From Candidatus Yanofskybacteria bacterium (lineage in GTDB: Bacteria; Patescibacteriota; Minisyncoccia; Minisyncoccales; UBA10102): DNA of 64,000 nucleotides. The position numbers and the translations under genes were made by a program. Of the stretch, positions 56,066 through 64,000 are shown one piece after another. Location: contig JAUYJF010000006.1 of NCBI GenBank assembly GCA_030688685.1, positions 120-64,119 of the forward strand, read 5' to 3'. The stretch's first letter is position 1; each line of letters opens with the position of its first letter. The notes under the pieces are model-generated. The model saw only the letters and a list, made by a program, of their open reading frames with translations. It was not told the DNA's origin and ran no database searches.

Positions 56066-56707
56066 ATGGATAACGTCGACCCCGCGCAGTTGGAAATCAT
56101 CGACAGCCTGATCCGGGATGGCATCCTTACCAAGGTAAACGGCACAATGCCAAATTCCCTTGAAGGAAAACGCTGTCTTCTGGTGATGTGCGGCGACATG
56201 AATCATCGGCGCGATGTACAAGAGTTCTTCGAGAGAAAAATGGGAGCAGAAATTCACCTACTCAAGCTCCCAGGAGGCGCTGTTGAGCTTTCCCCGTACT
56301 CGCCTCGCAATAGGCTCTTTCCAGGCGACTTCGCTGCGCGCATGCGGGACGTGGTCAGGGCAATCAAAGCGCAGGGTCTGAATCATATCATTTCTGCCGG
56401 GCACTACCGATGTGGATCATGTTCACTCGATGAACTTGATCCAATCGGCAGCATGCTCCTGATCAAAAACGGGAAGAAGGAAACTATCCGCGCACTTACG
56501 GATAATTACCGAGAGCTGCGGGAGGCAGTGAGAGGAGCCGACTTCTGGAAGCCTAGCGAGCAGGACATCTCCTGCTTTCTCCATTGTTTTGCGGGAGATA
56601 TACTCACCGAGCACATCCAACAGGCGCGCACAGCATGGTTCATTTCAAGTGGTCTCGAGCCATGGATCATGCAGCACCACCCTGAGCTCATGCAACTCCT
56701 TATCTAA
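56066..56707 (+). CDS. Beta-carbonic anhydrase-like protein (divergent)
   Basis: CGD, LPGG, HYRCG Zn-ligand pattern. Confidence 0.6.
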   Translation: MDNVDPAQLEIIDSLIRDGILTKVNGTMPNSLEGKRCLLVMCGDMNHRRDVQEFFERKMGAEIHLLKLPGGAVELSPYSPRNRLFPGDFAARMRDVVRAIKAQGLNHIISAGHYRCGSCSLDELDPIGSMLLIKNGKKETIRALTDNYRELREAVRGADFWKPSEQDISCFLHCFAGDILTEHIQQARTAWFISSGLEPWIMQHHPELMQLLI

Positions 56708-56832
56708 GCAGGACCAAAAGCCACCAGAACAATTCTGGTGGCTTCCCTTATTTGTATAAACGTAAGCAGAACAAGGGGAAATAATACAGCCAGGTGAATT
56801 GTTCCACCTGGCTGCTTTTCTCCGCGAAGGTG

Positions 56833-57282
56833 TCATGAAGGGTCGGAAGAATCCTCAAGCACGAGGACTACCAACTCTTTCGGCCCACCCACACCCGGTA
56901 TTTTTTCCAGCAGAGTGTGGATGTGCCTCTTGACCATCTTTACGGATATTCCAAGCAATTCTGCGATTGCTTGGTTGGAAGCGCCCTCCCGCAACAGTTT
57001 CAATACCTGTTCTTCGCGTGGCGTGAGGGGTTTGGCAAGCTGCAAAGCGCAAGAGTAACCAAAATGTTCGGCTGCAAGCTTTACCAGCTCTCTCCTCCTC
57101 AACTTTTCTTCGCTGGTCCGGAGAAGCTTGCCACTAAACCTAGATACGTGCGCTTTGACGGTGCGCACGGTCATGCCCAACATTTTTGCGATTATCTTGT
57201 TTGAATGCCCCTTCCCTACCTCCCGTAGCACCTGCTCCTCGCGGCGCGTAAGAGGAGGGATAGCTTGCGGAAGAACTACCAT
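56833..57282 (-). CDS. Tandem LuxR-type HTH protein
   Basis: Two LT.REEQVL...G.SN..IA..LG....V..H repeats; AAGGAGG RBS. Confidence 0.85.
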   Translation of the reverse strand: MVVLPQAIPPLTRREEQVLREVGKGHSNKIIAKMLGMTVRTVKAHVSRFSGKLLRTSEEKLRRRELVKLAAEHFGYSCALQLAKPLTPREEQVLKLLREGASNQAIAELLGISVKMVKRHIHTLLEKIPGVGGPKELVVLVLEDSSDPS

Positions 57283-57366
57283 ATCGCGCCTCCTTCTTTC
57301 TGCTATAGAACATATATACATTGAGAGCCTGTTTTGTCAACACCACACTTCAAGCCGCCAGACGAA

Positions 57367-57687
57367 CTATGTCGCTGGCGGCTTTTTCATTTTTTCCCGA
57401 TGATCGCGGAGCCCACGAATAGTTCCTATAGTCGCAACAATGACTATCGTGGTAGTCGCTGTGGCTCCCGCAACAATAAAGAAGGTTCTTCTGCTGAAGT
57501 GCAGGAGCGCCAGCTTTTTGGCGAGCTTGCGCAGCTTTTTTTCTGCCCCGCGGGGATCTTTGGCAGCCTCCCTGGCAATCTCTTCTGGATTGCCAGGGAT
57601 TCTATACTTCCTCATAAACCTCTCAAGGGTGGTAGAGGCAACCACCACACCAGGATCTTCACCAGATCCGTGATCATCTTGATTCAT
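57367..57687 (-). CDS. Hypothetical protein with C-terminal hydrophobic helix
   Basis: AAAGGAGG RBS; hairpin at the 3' end. Confidence 0.6.
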   Translation of the reverse strand: MNQDDHGSGEDPGVVVASTTLERFMRKYRIPGNPEEIAREAAKDPRGAEKKLRKLAKKLALLHFSRRTFFIVAGATATTTIVIVATIGTIRGLRDHREKMKKPPAT

Positions 57688-57746
57688 TCTCTCCTCCTTT
57701 CAGAACCAAACTGCGGCGTATGTATCAGTAGACGACCAATGTGCTT

Positions 57747-58169
57747 TTATCTTCCAACTTCCTCTTTCTGGGGCGTCATGGGAAGAATATCTCCGGAAAG
57801 GCGGATGAGAAGTTTCTCAATGGCGGCATTCGGGAAATGCGCTCGTAAGGCAACTTCCGCGCGATCAAGCTGTTCTCTTTGGAACTGCGTTTCCTCTTCA
57901 AAGCCGGCGAACGTTTGGCTTCCTCCATACGCGCCGCAATCCTCATGCTGAATAAGAATAATAGTATCTGGATGATGAAGCCGATCTGAAACCAGGAGAT
58001 CTCCAAGCTCTACGTTGTTCTGTTCCCCGTCATCCAAGAGATGCTTAATCCCCCCGGCAAGAGAAAGAAGATCGTAATTCTCAGGGTATCGGGTGTCCAA
58101 ATACGTGTTCAAATATTTCTGAATGCGGAAATCAATGCAATGAACCGCGACTGCTTTACATGAATGCAT
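57747..58169 (-). CDS. Beta-class carbonic anhydrase
   Basis: CIDFR, LAGG, HEDCGAY. Confidence 0.85.
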   Translation of the reverse strand: MHSCKAVAVHCIDFRIQKYLNTYLDTRYPENYDLLSLAGGIKHLLDDGEQNNVELGDLLVSDRLHHPDTIILIQHEDCGAYGGSQTFAGFEEETQFQREQLDRAEVALRAHFPNAAIEKLLIRLSGDILPMTPQKEEVGR

Positions 58170-58178
58170 AGGTTTTTA

Positions 58179-60722
<2,544 letters not shown>

Positions 60723-60725
60723 ATA

Positions 60726-62276
60726 CTATGCGCTTAAAAAACTCACTGAAAATTCGCTTATCGCTTTTTTCATCTTCTCTTGCGCCTCTTCCGGGAAATC
60801 TCCTGTTTCCTGAATCGAAGAAAGGATCGCGGGGTGATGGTTCTTCAGGTACTCCAGCAATTTTCCCTCAAACTCCCTCACGCGCTCCAAGGGAATCTCA
60901 TCCAGGTACCCTGAAGTTCCCGCAAAGAGTACCGCGACCTGCTCCTCAAAAGGCAGAACCTCCCCCTGGCCTTGCTTGAGGAGTTCTGTGAGGCGAGCTC
61001 CCCGCGTAATGCGCCTGCGGGTTGCTTCGTCCAGGTCTTGGGCAAATTGCACAAAAGCAGCAAGCTCCTGGTACTGGGCAAGTTCCAGTTTCATGGGTCC
61101 TGCGACTTTCTTCATTGCCTTGGTCTGGGCAGCTGACCCCACCCGCGAGACAGACGCTCCGATATTGACGGCGGGCCGCTGGCCGCGCGCGAAAAGATCG
61201 GTCTCCAGAAAGATCTGCCCGTCGGTAATAGAAATAACGTTTGTGGGAATGTAGGCGGAAATATCATTCGCCTGTGTTTCCACAATTGGAAGAGCGGTTA
61301 AGGAACCTCCTCCTTTTGCTTTTGAGAGCTTGGCGGCGCGTTCCAATAACCTGGAATGAAGATAAAAGACGTCTCCCGGGTATGCCTCGCGGCCAGGCGG
61401 GCGACGGAGCAACAGGGAAACCTGCCGCCATGCTTGGGCGTGCTTTGAAAGGTCATCATATATAATGAGCACATCTTTGCCCTTGTCCCGGAAGTATTCT
61501 GCCATGGTGCATCCCGCGTACGGAGCCATGAACCAAAGCGGTGAGGGATCAGAAGCTTCAGCTACAACGACAATCGTATAATCCAGCGCTCCTTTTGTTT
61601 TCAGTTCCTGCGCAATCTGGGCAACCTTGGAAGCTTTCTGGCCAATAGCGACGTACACACATACAGGACGGGTTGCTTCCGGCTCATTCTTTTGGTTTAA
61701 AATAGCGTCAATCGCAAGAGCGGTCTTGCCAATCTGGCGGTCCCCGATAATCAGCTCGCGCTGTCCTCTCCCAATGGGGATGGTAGCGTCTATTACTTTG
61801 ATACCGGTGGCAAGGGACGTATTCACGGACTCCCGGTCAATCACAGAAGGAGCCCGACGCTCAATGGGAAGCTTCTCAAGCCCCGCAGCAAGAGGCCCTC
61901 GCCCGTCTACGGGAACACCTAAGGGATTCACAACTCTCCCTAACAAGGATTCCCCCACGGGAACTGAAAGAACGTGTTCTGTGCGCCTCACGATATCCCC
62001 TTCCTGCACCTCAGATTCCCCTTCCAGGAGTACAGCTCCAAGGGAGTATTCCTCCAAGCTCAACACAAGAGCGGAAAAGGAAGCTGCCTTCTCGTTCTGT
62101 GAGGGAGCGGGAAACCGCTCCACGCGAATCATCTCTGAGAACATCGCGTTGGGAAGTCCTTCCACCTGTACAATGCCATCGGCCACAGAGACGACCCGGC
62201 CCACCTCTTCCCCTTTTGTCTTGATCTCTACTCCTTCAAGCTGTTTTTTTAATATGTCAATAAATCCCTTGTCCAT
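60726..62276 (-). CDS. atpA: ATP synthase alpha subunit
   Basis: [38 protein letters not shown]. Confidence 0.99.
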   Translation of the reverse strand: MDKGFIDILKKQLEGVEIKTKGEEVGRVVSVADGIVQVEGLPNAMFSEMIRVERFPAPSQNEKAASFSALVLSLEEYSLGAVLLEGESEVQEGDIVRRTEHVLSVPVGESLLGRVVNPLGVPVDGRGPLAAGLEKLPIERRAPSVIDRESVNTSLATGIKVIDATIPIGRGQRELIIGDRQIGKTALAIDAILNQKNEPEATRPVCVYVAIGQKASKVAQIAQELKTKGALDYTIVVVAEASDPSPLWFMAPYAGCTMAEYFRDKGKDVLIIYDDLSKHAQAWRQVSLLLRRPPGREAYPGDVFYLHSRLLERAAKLSKAKGGGSLTALPIVETQANDISAYIPTNVISITDGQIFLETDLFARGQRPAVNIGASVSRVGSAAQTKAMKKVAGPMKLELAQYQELAAFVQFAQDLDEATRRRITRGARLTELLKQGQGEVLPFEEQVAVLFAGTSGYLDEIPLERVREFEGKLLEYLKNHHPAILSSIQETGDFPEEAQEKMKKAISEFSVSFLSA

Positions 62277-62280
62277 GAAA

Positions 62281-62673
62281 CTATGCATTATGCAATTGAT
62301 TTTGAATTCTTTGAAGCTTTCCCCGCACGGTCGCGTCAAGGAGCGTATGTGTTCCTAAAAAGAGGGCGACTCCTTCTCCGAGCGCGGGATTCCGCGACAC
62401 TGTACTATCATATCCCAGCTCAGAAAGCCGCTGTTCCAGAGCGCGCATCATCTTCTCTGGCATCTCCTCTCCTCCGATGAGCTGAGCGTGAGAAGAGTTC
62501 TGAGCGCGCCATCTCCGGGAGAACTCAAAAAGTATAGCCCCTCTCAGTTTTCCATCTCCCTTCTTCTTTAAAAACTCAACGAAGCGCGCTCCCATTGCCT
62601 CAAATTGCCGTTTTCCTTTTTCTTCCGCGAGTTCCGCGAGAAGCTGCGCATAGAGAGAAACTTTACCGTGCAT
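62281..62673 (-). CDS. atpH: ATP synthase delta subunit (divergent)
   Basis: Position between atpF and atpA; C-terminal [10 protein letters not shown]. Confidence 0.75.
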   Translation of the reverse strand: MHGKVSLYAQLLAELAEEKGKRQFEAMGARFVEFLKKKGDGKLRGAILFEFSRRWRAQNSSHAQLIGGEEMPEKMMRALEQRLSELGYDSTVSRNPALGEGVALFLGTHTLLDATVRGKLQRIQNQLHNA

Positions 62674-63172
62674 GGCTTTGGAGTGATTCTTCTATTTCCT
62701 GAAGAAGCGCTTCCCTATCCTTCGCGGTCATTGCGCGCTTGAGAACCTTTTCGGCAGAGAGGAGCGCCAATGTTGCGATTTCCTCTTTTGCCTCCTGGAT
62801 AGCCTGATCCTTTTCTCTCCGAATATCTTCTTGCGCGCGAGCGAGTTCTTTGCCCGTCTCCTCTTTTGCGCGGGCGATCATCTCCCGCTCCCGTTCCGCT
62901 CCCCTTTCCTTCGCCTCAGACAGGAGCTGCTCTGCCTGACGCTTTACGCGGGCCAATTCCTGCTTGCGCATTTCCTGCGTGCGCGCTATTTCATCCTCCG
63001 CTTTCTGGCGCATCTCCAATCCTTCCTGAATGCGCTTTCTCCGCTCTTCAAGAAAGGACAAGAGTGGACGGAACACAAACCAGGCAAGGAGACCTGCTAC
63101 AATGCCAAAATTGACCGCTTGCGCAAGCAGCAAACGCCAGTCAATTCCAAATTGTGCGAGCAGATCTCCCAT
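62663..63172 (-). CDS. atpF: ATP synthase subunit b
   Basis: AQAVNF TM helix followed by a long coiled coil. Confidence 0.93.
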   Translation of the reverse strand: MGDLLAQFGIDWRLLLAQAVNFGIVAGLLAWFVFRPLLSFLEERRKRIQEGLEMRQKAEDEIARTQEMRKQELARVKRQAEQLLSEAKERGAEREREMIARAKEETGKELARAQEDIRREKDQAIQEAKEEIATLALLSAEKVLKRAMTAKDREALLQEIEESLQSHAR

Positions 63173-63192
63173 TTCCCAAGAAAAGGTCAAAA

Positions 63193-63420
63193 TTATACAA
63201 ACTTAATAGACAATGCGACTACCAGTGCGTAAATCGCGATGGCTTCCGCGAACGCAATCGCCAGAATCATGGCGGTTTGAACCTTGGAAGCAGACTCCGG
63301 ATTCCTTCCGATCGCTTCCATTGCTTTTCCTGCAAGCATCCCGATCGCAATGGCGGGACCTACGACTCCAAGTCCGATTGCCAATGCTGCTGCGAACGAT
63401 TTTGCGACTTCTAACTCCAT
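63193..63420 (-). CDS. atpE: ATP synthase subunit c (probably H+-coupled)
   Basis: GRNPE loop, AEAIAIY; no Na+-type Q...ES signature. Confidence 0.96.
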   Translation of the reverse strand: MELEVAKSFAAALAIGLGVVGPAIAIGMLAGKAMEAIGRNPESASKVQTAMILAIAFAEAIAIYALVVALSIKFV

Positions 63421-63457
63421 ATCAGTAGGGAATAAATAAAATAATAAGCGACCTTGT

Positions 63458-64000
63458 CTAATGTTCTTCCGCGTGGCCTTCGGTTGCTATTTTCAAGAAG
63501 ACCAGTGTCAGCATAGCAAAAATAAACGCCTGGATAAACCCTATGAACAATTCCAGCCCGTAAAAAGGGACGGGCGCGAGGAAGGGCACCAGGGCTAAGG
63601 CAACCACCAGAAGCACTTTTCCCGCGAAGATATTCCCAAAAAGACGGAAGGAAAAGGAAAGTACTTTGGCAAGTTCTCCCACAAGCTCCAGTAATCCCAC
63701 GAACAGAAATACCGGTCCCTTGTTCAATACAATGTATTTGGATGCCTGCGTGAAAAATCCAAGTTTTTTCATGCCATATATCTGTGCTCCAACCACAGAA
63801 ATAAGCGCAAGGGCAAGCGTGGTGTTCAGGTCGCTGTTCGCTCCCCGGAAGATTGGCTTTAATACCTGTTCCCCGTGGTATTCCTGGAAAAACCCGATGG
63901 AACCCACTCCCGGGAGAATGCCCAGCCAATTATTGAGAAGAATAAAGAGAAAAAACGCGGCAACCAAAGGGAAAAACTGCATTGCTTGTTTGCGGTTTCC
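63458..64000 (-). CDS. atpB: ATP synthase subunit a (5' end outside window)
   Basis: SFSFRLFGNIFAG, FIGFIQAFIF. Confidence 0.95.
   Translation of the reverse strand, partial: GNRKQAMQFFPLVAAFFLFILLNNWLGILPGVGSIGFFQEYHGEQVLKPIFRGANSDLNTTLALALISVVGAQIYGMKKLGFFTQASKYIVLNKGPVFLFVGLLELVGELAKVLSFSFRLFGNIFAGKVLLVVALALVPFLAPVPFYGLELFIGFIQAFIFAMLTLVFLKIATEGHAEEH

Overview
This is a chromosomal window from a Patescibacteria/CPR bacterium, probably Parcubacteria (OD1)-like. The assignment is inferred from the missing L30, short AlaS/RpoA/AtpC, PEGA and DUF5679-type genes, and core genes that mostly lack Shine-Dalgarno (SD) sites. Most of the window is a minus-strand core backbone: the str-S10-spc-alpha ribosomal cluster (split at two places), rplM-rpsI, alaS, mnmA, tpiA, galT, secY/adk/map, ndk, HU, a two-component system, trxB, a GH15 hydrolase and the F1Fo ATP synthase operon. 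The most striking accessory region is a ~3.7 kb minus-strand island (about 11.7-15.5 kb). It holds small orphan ORFs with strong AGGAGG RBSs, a DUF1874/AcrIII-1-like ring nuclease gene and a divergent CCA-encoding tRNA-Glu. It also has a long leader with boxA-like motifs, a two-hairpin intergenic module repeated four times and a rod-like RNA candidate. Together these suggest a possible counter-defence or cassette-type operon. Other candidates are a ~300-nt highly structured RNA upstream of HU and an NYN nuclease gene flanked by directly repeated 10-6-10 palindromic (dif-like) sites inside the split S10 operon. All homology calls come from recognising motifs by eye; no searches were run.
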